From an uncultured bacterium (GTDB lineage Bacteria; Chloroflexota; UBA5177; JANWHV01), in contig CAWHAE010000012.1 in assembly GCA_963827235.1 (NCBI GenBank), positions 1,344,001-1,408,000 on the forward strand: a DNA stretch of 64,000 nucleotides, read 5' to 3'. Position 1 is the stretch's first letter, and the number at the start of each line of letters is the position of its first letter. The position numbers and the translations under genes were made by a program. Positions 33,415 to 43,459 of this stretch are shown here, piece after piece. Below the pieces are notes generated by a model. The model saw nothing but the letters and a program-made list of their open reading frames with translations. It ran no database searches and was not told where the DNA came from.

Positions 33415-34587
33415 TCAGGCCGACCGCTCAGACGGCGCGGGCCAGAAGTTGCTGGTTCGCAGCAGCTCGCCGGCCGTGGCCAGGTGATCCCTGATAATCG
33501 ACCGCTGGCCTTCGCCCAGCCTGCCGATGCTCGTCACGCCTGCCCTCACGACTGCGGCGAGAATCGCGTCCTCCGCGATGTCCGCATCGTCGAGCAGATC
33601 CGCGCTTTGCGTCGTAAGAATGACTTGGGAGCGCGCAGCGGCCTCGGAGAAGGCATCGCGCAAAACGGCGGTCGCCGCCGGATGAAGCGCCGTTTCCGGC
33701 TCCTCAATGCCAATCACTGCCAACGCCCGATCCTCGCCTACGCCACCCTGGAGCAGCGCCGTGAGCACCGCCAGGGCGTGCAGCGTGCCATCGGACATAG
33801 ACCTGGCCACGTACGGCTGTTCCTGGGCACTCCCTCCAGCCGTCTGATAGAACCGCAGCACGTCATAGCCCTCGATCGGCGCCGCCTGTACACGTGCCAG
33901 GTCAGGCACGATTGCACGCAGGTATTCGCCAATGCGCTCGAGGGCATGAGGCCGCTGAGCATCGAGACGGAGCAGGACGCTCGCGCAGTTACTGCCATCT
34001 GGGAGCAGTACCTCGTCGTTGTCGTGCTCGCTTGGGCGATGCATGTGCGCGGGCACCGGGTTGTAGAAGGCCATGCGTGAGAGCGTCTCAAAGACCGGCC
34101 TATCATAGTGCATGGCCGAGACGGGAAGATACAGACGGTCCGCCGGCACGGGCCGCTCCGCATTTGTGCCGCGATCGAGCACGCCGTCGTGTATCGAGAA
34201 CCCCGTGGGCGGGTGCCCTGTAAGTGGAAACTCGACAGTGCACTCTTCCTCTGCTACTGCCAGGCCACCGTGCGGTCTCTGCGCAAGACGAAGGGCGTAC
34301 GAGCCGATCTGACCGCCGGGCAGGGCAAGCTCGAAACGCAGGGCTATCGCGGCATCGGCTGTCGCACCCCGGTGCCGTAGATCATCGACGCCGCCGCGAG
34401 CGCGTATCGCCGCATCGAGCGAGGTGTTGAGCGCGTCCGCGATAAAGTGCAGCACATCGAGGAAATTGCTTTTGCCGGCGCCGTTCCGGCCGACCAAGAA
34501 CGTGAGCGGGCCGAGCCGTACGTCGCAGCGGGCGATGCTTTTGTAGTTCTCGATCGTCACACGCGTGACGAACGGCGGTTCGGCCAT
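33415..34587 (-). CDS. AAA_21-type ABC ATPase paired with DUF4276
   Basis: IENYKSI, GRNGAGKSN, MSDGT, IEEPETALHP, TTQS. Confidence 0.9.
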   Translation of the reverse strand: MAEPPFVTRVTIENYKSIARCDVRLGPLTFLVGRNGAGKSNFLDVLHFIADALNTSLDAAIRARGGVDDLRHRGATADAAIALRFELALPGGQIGSYALRLAQRPHGGLAVAEEECTVEFPLTGHPPTGFSIHDGVLDRGTNAERPVPADRLYLPVSAMHYDRPVFETLSRMAFYNPVPAHMHRPSEHDNDEVLLPDGSNCASVLLRLDAQRPHALERIGEYLRAIVPDLARVQAAPIEGYDVLRFYQTAGGSAQEQPYVARSMSDGTLHALAVLTALLQGGVGEDRALAVIGIEEPETALHPAATAVLRDAFSEAAARSQVILTTQSADLLDDADIAEDAILAAVVRAGVTSIGRLGEGQRSIIRDHLATAGELLRTSNFWPAPSERSA

Positions 34588-34772
34588 GTCAGGTGCCCCA
34601 GTCTGCCGGTTTGCGCGTGTTCTTGCGCGAACTCCGGTTCCTCCTCTATCGTATCCGTTCGCGCAGGGATGCCGCTTTCACAGGATGCGGTCTGTTGCGT
34701 CTCTGGAGAGTGCCGCTCGTTCCCGGAGGCCAGGCTATCCAGGTCGCCGAGGTACTGCTGTTTCGCGCCGTT

Positions 34773-34933
34773 CCATCCGTATGAACGCGGGTTCGACGTA
34801 CGCACGGTCCCGGAGAGTCTCGACCTGCCCTCGCGCTGGAAGAAGCCGCGCATGGTCTTCGTCAACTCCATGGGCGACCTATACCACGAGGACGTGCCGC
34901 TGGAGTTCATCCGGCAGGTGTTCGCGGTGATGG
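34773..34933. repeat. 161-bp direct repeat, copy A
   Basis: Identical to 36704-36864 except one base. Confidence 0.95.
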
Positions 34934-35379
34934 GCCAGGCGCGCCGGCACACGTTCCAGATCCTGACCAAGCGCCGCGAGCGGTTGGAGCGAATCGCGCC
35001 GCTGCTGCCGTGGGCGCCGAACATCTGGCAGGGCGTGAGCGTGGAAAACAATCGCTGGGCTCGGCGAGCCGACGCCTTGCGGTCGGTGCCTGCGACCATC
35101 CGCTTCCTGTCCTGCGAGCCGCTTCTGGGCCCGCTGGACAGGCTCAACCTCGAGGGCATCGACTGGGTGATAGCCGGCGGCGAGAGCGGTCCGCGACACC
35201 GGCCCTTCCGTGTAGAATGGGCGCGCAATCTGCGCGATCGCACGAAGGCGGCCTGCCTGCCGTTCTTCTGGAAGCAGAACGGCGGCATTCACGCCAAGGC
35301 CGGCGGCATTGAGCTGGACGGGCGCATGTGGCAGGAGTGGCCCAGCATACCGCTTGCCTCTACAAGAGCGGCAGGGTAG
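34773..35379 (+). pseudogene. DUF5131 (phage Gp37/Gp68) gene, 3' part
   Basis: FVNSMGDLYH, HTFQILTKR, NIWQGVSVE, RFLSCEPLLG, DWVIAGGESG, FFWKQ; lacks N-terminal Cys motif. Confidence 0.85.
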
Positions 35380-35568
35380 CCGGCTCATAGCCTCATGCCG
35401 GCCGAGGCTTGCTATGCGGCAGGGAAGGCGAGCAGGTGTCGTTCCCTGCAGTACTCTGTTGCTCATGCTTACGGCTTGCGTGGCGATGTTGCCAACTACC
35501 GCTGAAGCAGCGCGTATACTTGATCACGACAGACGGCACGGCAGCGGACGGCGCGGGAGGAGTCGCAC

Positions 35569-35808
35569 ATGGCAAGCCCGGTGAATGAAGTGGCTGAGTT
35601 CTTCGCGCAGGCGCCGACACGGGAGCAGATCGCGGCGTTTCAGTTCTCATCTGAAGCCCAGCAGCGTGTACGTGACCTGCTCGCGGGCAACGCGGCAGGA
35701 ACGCTGACGGCCAGCGAGCAACGGGAACTGGATCAATTGGTAGTGCTCGACGACGTCGTCTCCTTGATCCGTGCGCGTGCGCAGAGAAACGCCAGCTCTG
35801 CCGCCTGA
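35569..35808 (+). CDS. Small protein upstream of HNH nuclease (putative antitoxin)
   Basis: SD GGAGGAG; QQRVRDLLAGNAAGTLTASEQRELD resembles proteins that precede such HNH genes. Confidence 0.65.
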   Translation: MASPVNEVAEFFAQAPTREQIAAFQFSSEAQQRVRDLLAGNAAGTLTASEQRELDQLVVLDDVVSLIRARAQRNASSAA

Positions 35809-35811
35809 CCT

Positions 35812-36234
35812 GTGACGGCTGTAGCCGCGTCCATGCGCCGCGCGGTTGCGCGTCGTGCCAAGCATTGCTGCGAGTACTGCGGCATCGCCGATGATGCAGT
35901 GCTTGTTCCTCATGAGCCCGACCACGTCATTGGCGAACAGCACGGTGGGACAACGTCGCTGGAGAATCTGGCCTACGCGTGTTTTCGCTGCAACCGGTTC
36001 AAGGGGCCAAACATCGCGACGCACGATCCCGAGACGGGCAGCCTTGTCCCGCTCTTCAATCCGCGGCGCGACCGCTGGCAGGAGCACTTTCGTCTTGACA
36101 GCGTCGAGATCGTGCCGCTCACGCCAATCGGTCGTGGCACTGCAGCCCTCCTGCGATTCGACGATGAGCAGCGGCTGCTCCTCCGTGCTGAACTGCTTCG
36201 CCAGGGTAGATACAGGGAGCCGCAGCCGTCATAG
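35812..36234 (+). CDS. HNH endonuclease
   Basis: CEYC...DHVI..QHGG...NLAYACFRCN..K, LFNPR..W..HF, LTPIGRGT. Confidence 0.9.
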   Translation: MTAVAASMRRAVARRAKHCCEYCGIADDAVLVPHEPDHVIGEQHGGTTSLENLAYACFRCNRFKGPNIATHDPETGSLVPLFNPRRDRWQEHFRLDSVEIVPLTPIGRGTAALLRFDDEQRLLLRAELLRQGRYREPQPS

Positions 36235-36533
36235 CGCGGCGCATTCCTATTGCGTCTCGGCCAGGCACGTCGCAGGCTCTCTTGCTGCCCTGGCGTATAC
36301 GGTCAGCAGCTTGCCGGAGGCGACCGTGCAGAGCGAACGTGTCGCGAAGTAGTCCGGGGTCTTACAAGCCAGCTATCTGCGGATGGATGCCAGGCATCCG
36401 CCCGGGCACAGCCGCATCCCCATCTCACGTGATGGGCGGGGTGCTTGAGCCTAGGCCCTGATGAGGCACAGCCTGTCTGCCCTCGCGACGATCCATTAAG
36501 CTCCCATCGAGCACGATGCCAGTTGTTGGGTTG

Positions 36534-36553
36534 TAGGATAGGAACGAACGTTC
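36534..36553 (+). promoter_or_regulatory. LexA (SOS) box with possible -10 element upstream of the DUF5131 5' half
   Basis: Perfect GAAC-gaac-GTTC at 36542-36553, just after TAGGAT (36534-36539). Confidence 0.65.
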
Positions 36554-36572
36554 TAGAAGAGGGCCCACGCCC

Positions 36573-36864
36573 GTGGCTGTGACCTCAACAATCGCCTGGA
36601 CGAACTCGACGTGGAACCCGGTGCGTGGTTGCACCGAGGTGTCGCCCGGCTGCGCCCATTGCTACGCCAAGACGCTCGCCGAGCGCTTTCGGGGCGTGCC
36701 GGGCCATCCGTATGAACGCGGGTTCGACGTACGCACGGTCCCGGAGAGTCTCGACCTGCCCTCGCGCTGGAAGAAGCCGCGCATGGTCTTCGTCAACTCG
36801 ATGGGCGACCTATACCACGAGGACGTGCCGCTGGAGTTCATCCGGCAGGTGTTCGCGGTGATGG
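36573..36864 (+). pseudogene. DUF5131 gene, 5' part
   Basis: TIAWTNSTWNPVRGCTEVSPGCAHCYA three-Cys motif; homology stops at the end of repeat copy B. Confidence 0.88.
36704..36864. repeat. 161-bp direct repeat, copy B
   Basis: See copy A at 34773-34933. Confidence 0.95.
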
Positions 36865-37972
36865 AAGAAGGCTGCCCGGATCGGTGTAGCGCGTCAGATC
36901 GGATCCATCGACAAAGGCGGTAACGAGATAAGGGCGTGTGCTCTCGGGGAGTATGCCCGCGTCAAACACCTGCACGATATGGGGGTGGGAAAGCGCCGCG
37001 AGAGCCTGTCCTTCCTGCTCAAGCATCTGGTGCGAGTAGGATTCGTCCGAGCCGTGAAACACCTTGAGCGCGCAGCGCCTATTGAGCAATGGATCGTGGG
37101 CCTCGTACACGGCTCCCGACCCGCCTTCGGCGATGCGGCGCACGATAGTGTACTTGTCGTTCACTCTGTAGCCGGGAGGAAGCCGGTTAGGCTCTGTCGA
37201 TATGATGGCGGGTCCGGCGCGGGAGCCGGCCGATTCCCTCGAGGCGAGCCGATCCCATGCTTCCAGCACCAGCCGCCTCGTCCGGTACTCGCCGTACTGC
37301 CTCAACTCGCGTTCCTTGAGCACACGGAACGTCTCGCCTGGGAAGCTCGTCGTGCGCGGCGTATCCGGTGGGTCCTCCTGTGGATCGAGGATGTCCTCGA
37401 GCTCACGATCTGTCAGGTCGTGCGGGTCCAGAATGTACCGCAGCTGCTTCCGGGTGAGACCGCAGAGCCGGGCGTAGTAAGCATCCAGTTCAGCGCGCAG
37501 CAGTACCCTTCTCTCCTGGTTCCAGGCGAACGGCGGTCCGATGTGGCCGAACTCGCGGGCGAACGCTTGCAAGTCTTGTGGCGTGTAAGCGAGCTCGAGC
37601 ACCCGCGGCGCTATGAACTCAGTATATGCGGGCGAATAGAACGCCGGGGGGAGCACGGGCAGCTGCTTAAGGACAAAGAAGTTCAGACTCGGCAGGCGTG
37701 AGGTCACGCATATCATTTCCCTCGTACGTGGCCCACCGATGGTCGAACTGGTGCAGCAGCTTCGACTCGTAGAGGGGTGCGAGATCTGGGCCAGAACTGT
37801 CGCGGAACAGGTGACTGTCGTTGGACATATCAAACATTCGCAGGAAAGACACACCCCACGGATTCTCGCCGGTGGTCTCGTTTGCCAGCACCGGAACACG
37901 GCGTTATATCGTTTTGGTCAGCTCGGCGTCGGCACGCGTGCGAAAGATAGGACAGGTCCTGGTGTTCGGATT
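36865..37972 (-). pseudogene. C-terminal remnant of an Eco57I/DrmMI-like DNA methyltransferase fused to a truncated Ser/Thr kinase N-lobe
   Basis: [79 protein letters not shown], then AEGGSGAVY..ALK..HPHIVQV. Confidence 0.7.
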
Positions 37973-38122
37973 GGGGTACAGCCGAGAGAGGTGCAAAAAT
38001 AGGAAATAGCGCGAGCCGAGGCTCGGATGTTAGCGGTCGCCTTCGTCGAGCGATTGTGCAATAAGGGCTTTGGCAACGAAAGGTCCGCACGACAGCCACG
38101 TACAGCATCCCAGCGCAGTACC

Positions 38123-39358
38123 TCATCCCGCCGTCGAGGACGCTTCAAGCTGGGGAAGCGGCAGCTTCTGCGGCGCCAAGACCCAGATACCACCGCCGAT
38201 AGCCAGGGGCAGCAAGCTGCCGAGCGAAACTGGCACCAGGGCACCAACCGCCTGGCTCGTGCTCAGACAGGTGACGATGAGGGCACCAGTCACCTCGCCG
38301 AAGGCGAATGACCAGAGTAGCAGGGCGACCAGCCGCCCCTGGAGGTGGTCGGGCACCGCGCGTTGCGCGAAGACATCGAAGACAATCAGCGTGGCGGCGT
38401 CAGCCACTTCGATCACGACGAGAAGACACAACGCTACCCAGGCGACATGAGTGAAGGCGAGTAGCCCCCACATGGGAATAAAGATGAGCGTCAGTATCCC
38501 GGAGGTGGTTGCGTTCAGGTAGCCGTGCTTCTGCCCATGTTTGGACCACGCGCCGCCCAGGAATCCACCGACGGCCAGGGCGCCGAACAGCACGGTCAGG
38601 AACGTGGACGGCTGGCCGAGGTGCGTCGCATAGACGACCGCCGAACTCATGAAGAAGTAGCCCGGCACGCACGGCGCGGCGCTTGCCAGGCAGATGGCTG
38701 CGACACGCGGATACGCGCGCAGGATGTCGACATAGCCGCCCAAGAGGTCTGCCACCCGCACAGGTGGCCTGGGGGCCCGAGGCCCTGCTGGAAGGCGGGC
38801 GAGCAGGGCCGCAGAGAGCGCGAAGCTGGCAGCGTTGGCGATAAATCCCGTGGTCGCGCCCGCGAAGGTGACCACGGGCGTGGCGATAAGCGGCCCGGCA
38901 AACTGGGCGCCGGTCACCGACCAGAGCGTGAAATCGGTAATCGCCTGCCCGACCTGCACGTCCCCCGCGAGTTGGCGGAGGTAGGCCTGCTGGGGCGGTC
39001 GGTAGATGCACTCGAGCGAGGTCAGGACGAAGCCGCAGGTGTACAGGAGCGGCAGCCATGGCCCGGATGTGACCAGCACCATGAGCCCTGCAGCGACGAC
39101 GCTGACGAGGTCCAGCCGGATGAGCAAATCCCGGCGGGCGAAGTGATCACCAATCGCGCCGCCTGGGAGCAGGAGTACCAAACGCGGTAGCAGGGAGAAG
39201 AGATAGGCGGCGCCCGCCGCCGCGACCTGTCCGGTCAGCCGGAACGCGACAATCGCCGCTGCCATCCGGTAGAACTCCGTACCCGTGTTGGATACGAGCG
39301 AGGACCAAATGACGAACTGGTAGCGATACGGGAACGTGGGTAGACGGAATGCGCGCAT
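38123..39358 (-). CDS. MFS transporter (DHA3/macrolide-efflux-like)
   Basis: LVSNTG..., GAIGDHFARRDLL, FIANAASFALSA, QRAVPDHLQGR. Confidence 0.85.
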   Translation of the reverse strand: MRAFRLPTFPYRYQFVIWSSLVSNTGTEFYRMAAAIVAFRLTGQVAAAGAAYLFSLLPRLVLLLPGGAIGDHFARRDLLIRLDLVSVVAAGLMVLVTSGPWLPLLYTCGFVLTSLECIYRPPQQAYLRQLAGDVQVGQAITDFTLWSVTGAQFAGPLIATPVVTFAGATTGFIANAASFALSAALLARLPAGPRAPRPPVRVADLLGGYVDILRAYPRVAAICLASAAPCVPGYFFMSSAVVYATHLGQPSTFLTVLFGALAVGGFLGGAWSKHGQKHGYLNATTSGILTLIFIPMWGLLAFTHVAWVALCLLVVIEVADAATLIVFDVFAQRAVPDHLQGRLVALLLWSFAFGEVTGALIVTCLSTSQAVGALVPVSLGSLLPLAIGGGIWVLAPQKLPLPQLEASSTAG

Positions 39359-39552
39359 GGACCTGCCGGCCTCCATGCCGCGACCTCTTGGGTCTCCCGA
39401 GTCGCGTATGCTCGACAACCTGCACGATTGCGGTTGATGTCACATTCTCTAGTTTATGGCCTTCCCGCAGTGAGGGCAGCGGATATCGCGCGTGTTCCCT
39501 CCCTCGACCCTCGACGGTAGTGGCAGTTGAGGTGCCTCGCTCCCCTTGCTGG

Positions 39553-40524
39553 CTACGCCCATGCGATCTTCTCGACCTCTTTCTGCAGGTCACTCTTGGT
39601 CGCCCGGACATAGGTCATCGTGGTGTCCAGAGAGTCGTCGCCCATGATCTGCGCCAGGCGGTGCAGCGGGACCACCTCTGCCATCCGATAGCCGAAACGG
39701 TGCCGCAGATCGTGCGGGCTGACGTCGGCGAGACGGGCCAGGGCTGCATAGCGCTTGACGAGATGGCCAAGTGCACGTTCGCTGAGTGCTTGGCCCGTCC
39801 GGCCCGACGGGAAGAGGGACGTCGTGCCCGACTTGAGCGAGGGCAGGTACTCATTGAGGGCGCCACGTGCACTCGCGTTGAGTGGCACGTCGCGCACCTT
39901 GTTGCGCTTGCCGGTCACGCGCAGGCTACTGCTCCGCTTGCCGATCGTCACATCGGTACGCTCGAGTTGACAGACCTCAGTGGCGCGCAACCCCGTATGG
40001 AGCATGAGCACGATCTCCGTCCGGTCGCGCAGAGTGCCGCTCGTGCTGACCGCGAGGAGGGCGCCCTCATCCTGATCGCTCGAGTGCCGCGGCGCCGTCT
40101 CTTGCTGGCCCGCCGGCTTGACGACCTTCGCCGGATCGCGTACCAGGACGCCAGCCTCGACGGCCCAGGCACAGTAGCGCTTGATGCTGATGAGCGCGCG
40201 ATTGATGCTCGCCGGCTTGAGCATGCGTGTGCGCTGCAAGTAGGTCCGGGAGCGGGTCAGGAGCGGGGTGGTGATGGCCGCCGGCGCGAACGACGCCTCA
40301 ACCTGTTGTCCTGCACTCCACGTCGCTTCACACCAGGCGATGAATTGGCGCAGATCGCTCAGGTAGTTCCGCAGCGTGGCGGGCCGCACGTCCACCTCGT
40401 CGCGCAGATACGTCGAATACTGAGCGAGTGCCGCGAGCGCGCCACCAGATACCGCCGGCATAGCTGGGCGGGATCGCGCGCTCTGCCCGGAACCCTTAGC
40501 AGACATTCCCCAGTGATCCTCCAT
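39553..40524 (-). CDS. Tyrosine recombinase/integrase (start uncertain, 40461-40524)
   Basis: TLRNYLSDL, HTGLRATE, GKRNK.R.VPL, SPHDLRH, MGDDSLDTTMTY. Confidence 0.9.
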   Translation of the reverse strand: MEDHWGMSAKGSGQSARSRPAMPAVSGGALAALAQYSTYLRDEVDVRPATLRNYLSDLRQFIAWCEATWSAGQQVEASFAPAAITTPLLTRSRTYLQRTRMLKPASINRALISIKRYCAWAVEAGVLVRDPAKVVKPAGQQETAPRHSSDQDEGALLAVSTSGTLRDRTEIVLMLHTGLRATEVCQLERTDVTIGKRSSSLRVTGKRNKVRDVPLNASARGALNEYLPSLKSGTTSLFPSGRTGQALSERALGHLVKRYAALARLADVSPHDLRHRFGYRMAEVVPLHRLAQIMGDDSLDTTMTYVRATKSDLQKEVEKIAWA

Positions 40525-40678
40525 GGGCCGTTAGCTGTCACTTCGATCGGTATTCGGCCGATGATCTTGGGCGGTATGTGGCCAGCTCAGCAGCTCTGCC
40601 GCGATAGCCTGTGGTCCGTCGTGGGCTGAGCCCGGCCAGAGCGGACCAACGCCCTCCGTCGTCGGCACTGCTCTACCG

Positions 40679-40697
40679 TAGCACCAAGTGCTATACT
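40679..40697 (+). promoter_or_regulatory. Inverted-repeat operator overlapping an extended -10 of the TA operon
   Basis: TAGCAC-caa-GTGCTA overlapping TGcTATACT. Confidence 0.5.
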
Positions 40698-41113
40698 TAT
40701 GGGGAGAGGAAGCCGGAGCGGCCATCTATGTAACACGCTGGTTCGACCGGTGGGCCGACCAGCAGGGCGTGAGTGCCCAGAGCCTCTGTGCCGCCGTGCA
40801 GGAAATGCAGGCAGGGCTGTACGACGCCGACCTGGGCGGCGGCCTCTACAAGAAGCGCCCGGCACGGCCCGGGCAAGGCAAGCGGGGCGGCTTTCGCATG
40901 CTGGTGGCCAGCAATCGCGAGAGCCGGTGGTGCTTTGTGTTCGGGCTCGCGAAGAGCGCACGCACCAACATCGATCAGGACGAACTGCAGGCACTCAAGA
41001 GACTGGCCAAGTACCTGCTGGCGCTGCCCGAGGAAGGACTGGAGCGCGCACAGCAGGCAGGAGAAGTGAAGGAGGTACGGTGCCATGCGCAAGACGCCAT
41101 CGGCGATTCTTGA
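40688..41113 (+). CDS. RelE/HigB-like toxin (start uncertain)
   Basis: TRWFDRWA, DADLGGGLYKKR.ARPGQGKRGGFR, AKSARTNI. Confidence 0.8.
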   Translation: MLYLWGEEAGAAIYVTRWFDRWADQQGVSAQSLCAAVQEMQAGLYDADLGGGLYKKRPARPGQGKRGGFRMLVASNRESRWCFVFGLAKSARTNIDQDELQALKRLAKYLLALPEEGLERAQQAGEVKEVRCHAQDAIGDS

Positions 41114-41402
41114 GGCGGTGCACGAGACGGCGCGAGGGCTGCACGCTGCCGGGGTGATGGATCAGGTCACCTTGCGAGAGCTTGACCGGCTCTGCCTCGC
41201 ACCAGTGACCGCGCTGCAGCCGGAGGACATCAAGCACATCCGCGAAGAGGCGCGCGTCAGCCAAGCCGTCTTTGCGGCCTTGCTCAACACGAGCGTCTCC
41301 ACCGTGCAGAAGTGGGAGATCGGTCAGAAGCGGCCGACGGGCACGGCACTGAAGCTGCTGCACTTGGTACAGGCACGCGGGCTGGACATCCTCGTGGCCT
41401 GA
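41085..41402 (+). CDS. HigA-like Xre HTH antitoxin
   Basis: ILEAVHETARGLH, IKHIREEARVSQAVFA..LNTSVSTVQKWEIGQKRP. Confidence 0.88.
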   Translation: MRKTPSAILEAVHETARGLHAAGVMDQVTLRELDRLCLAPVTALQPEDIKHIREEARVSQAVFAALLNTSVSTVQKWEIGQKRPTGTALKLLHLVQARGLDILVA

Positions 41403-42030
41403 CCGTCGCCCAGGCGCAGCGGCGCTCGCCACGCCTGCACCGTGGCACTGCTGACCACACGCACCGCAGGCGGGAGCGAGGCGACGACCAGGATCTCCCG
41501 TGCCGCCTCCACCACCCCGTGAGCAAGGCTGCCCCATGCGCTGGTTGCGCCTGGGTGTGGACAAAACTCCCTTGCCTGCACGTGCGTGCACACTGCATGG
41601 ACGGTTGGATGGATTGTGCTCAGAGCGTGTGCACTATCTACGCGTCGTGGTCCCGATCGAGCGCCTCGAGGCCCTCTTTGAGCCCGAGCCCGTCCAGCAG
41701 GACGGTAGGTTCAGGGATGGGCGAAGTGTTTGACATGAGTGCCTGCTGCAATTCTGGAGTGGCCCGGTGCGGAGGAGAGGTGAAGACCTGGTGATGAGAC
41801 GAGCGACTGCTCACTACCGTCGCTGTTCTCTGTGTAGGGTGGGCGATTTCTCGGGCTAGGCAGGTGCGCCGTAAGGTGCACATGCAGGCCAACAAGGCCA
41901 ATCCCGAATCGTGGCTACGTATCGTTGAGGACGGCCGCTGCAATCCTGCGCACACGAATTGGGTCTCGACCGCCCCTCTTCTGCCGACACCGCTCACACC
42001 CTGCTTTCCCTTATCTGAACCGTGTTGGGC

Positions 42031-42727
42031 CTAGGCGCAGGTGTGGGCCTCGTCCACGATCACGAAGCTGGGGCAGGCGCGCACGAAGTCCGCGCGGCGC
42101 ATATCGCTCTTGATGTAGTCGATGCTCACCACGAGGAACGGATAGTGATCGAAGAGGGAGCGATCCTGCGGCATGCCCCGCTCCAGGCGACCGACCGTGC
42201 CGGGCCGCACCACCTCGGCGTCGACGTGGAACTTGGCCACGAGCTCGGCCTGCCATTGCTCGCAGAGATGCGGCAGGCAGAGCACGCAGAGCTGCGAGAT
42301 CTCGCCGCGATCGAGCAGCTCGCGCGCGATCAGCGCCGCCTCGATCGTCTTGCCGATGCCGACGTCGTCGGCGATCAGCAGGCGCACCGGCTCCAGCTTC
42401 AAGGCCATCAGCAGCGGCACGAGCTGATAGGGGCGCGGCTCCACGGCGATGCGCCCCAGCGAGCGGAACGGGCCGGCGCCATGGCGGAAGCCGAGGCGCA
42501 CGGCGTCGCGGAGCAGTGACGAGGCGGTGAAGTCGCCGGCAAATTCGGGATCCGGCGGTCCGAACGTCGCCGGCTGTACGTCCGCGCCCTCCAGGGGCAT
42601 GTACACGCCGGTGACGCGAGCGTCGGTGCCGCCGAGCGGGCGGAGGAACAGCACGTCCTCGTCGTCCTCGTCGGGCGGCAGGACCACCCACTCGTGCCCG
42701 CGCCAGGGAGCCGACCGCGTAGGCCAT
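42031..42727 (-). pseudogene. SNF2 helicase (DrmD-like) N-terminal remnant
   Basis: [16 protein letters not shown] (frameshift ~42700), [26 protein letters not shown], then stop; no C-terminal RecA domain. Confidence 0.82.
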
Positions 42728-42780
42728 GCGTCACCGCCTCATGAATGCTCTACACCAGATTCCGCGCGACCAGAGCAGAT

Positions 42781-43044
42781 TCACGGTTCATAGATGTCAC
42801 TTCGGTGACGGATGCGTGTGATTTCCACCAGGAGATCATCATCGTCAATGGTGTACACCACGCGGTAGTCCCCCACACGGATGCGCCATACTTTGTCACC
42901 GCCCTTCAGCTTCTTGCACCCTGGCGGCCGCGGATTCTCGGCAAGCACTTCCAGCCGTGGCATGATGCGCGCGACGACGGGACCCGGAAGCTTGTCCAGC
43001 TCCCTGGCGGCACTGGGTTTGACCGCGATCCGGTAGCTAGCCAC
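42781..43044 (-). CDS. relE: RelE/StbE toxin
   Basis: YRIAVKPSAARELDKL, NPRPPGCKKLKG, WRIRVGDYRVVY. Confidence 0.92.
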   Translation of the reverse strand: MASYRIAVKPSAARELDKLPGPVVARIMPRLEVLAENPRPPGCKKLKGGDKVWRIRVGDYRVVYTIDDDDLLVEITRIRHRSDIYEP

Positions 43045-43228
43045 GCAGCTTTCCGCGCTTGACGAGGCCGGCTTTCACCTCCTCCAGCGGAATGCCCTGC
43101 TCGTGCTCCCGCGTTTGCGAGACGAGCACATCCTGGATGTCCTCCCAGAGCGTCTTGTGGGTCTTGAGGTCGATAATCACCGCGGTCTTGCGGCCTTGCT
43201 CATCGGTGACAAAGTGGATGCCAGTCAT
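43037..43228 (-). CDS. Antitoxin for RelE
   Basis: FVTDEQGRKTAVII...WEDIQD...IPLEEVK; overlaps relE start. Confidence 0.75.
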   Translation of the reverse strand: MTGIHFVTDEQGRKTAVIIDLKTHKTLWEDIQDVLVSQTREHEQGIPLEEVKAGLVKRGKLRG

Positions 43229-43459
43229 GTTTCTCCCCTTTTCGGACGTGGGCGGCACGGGGTCGTTGCCGTATGCTACCCCCTGTGGCCGCGCCGGTCA
43301 CTTTCAATCGTGCATGCTGACGTGCTTTATCATACGCCCTTCCGTGGTCGTCACCCGAGGGGCGACGAGCGGCACCGCACAACTCACACTTCGGGCACAC
43401 CGGTAGGTCCCGATGTTTCGTCCAGCCTCCGTCGAGCAACGTATAGGGCAGACACATCA

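Noticed and set aside
38030-42030. Tn3-like terminal inverted repeats around the integrase module
   Set aside because: Only a short ataaggg match; no convincing IR pair or transposase
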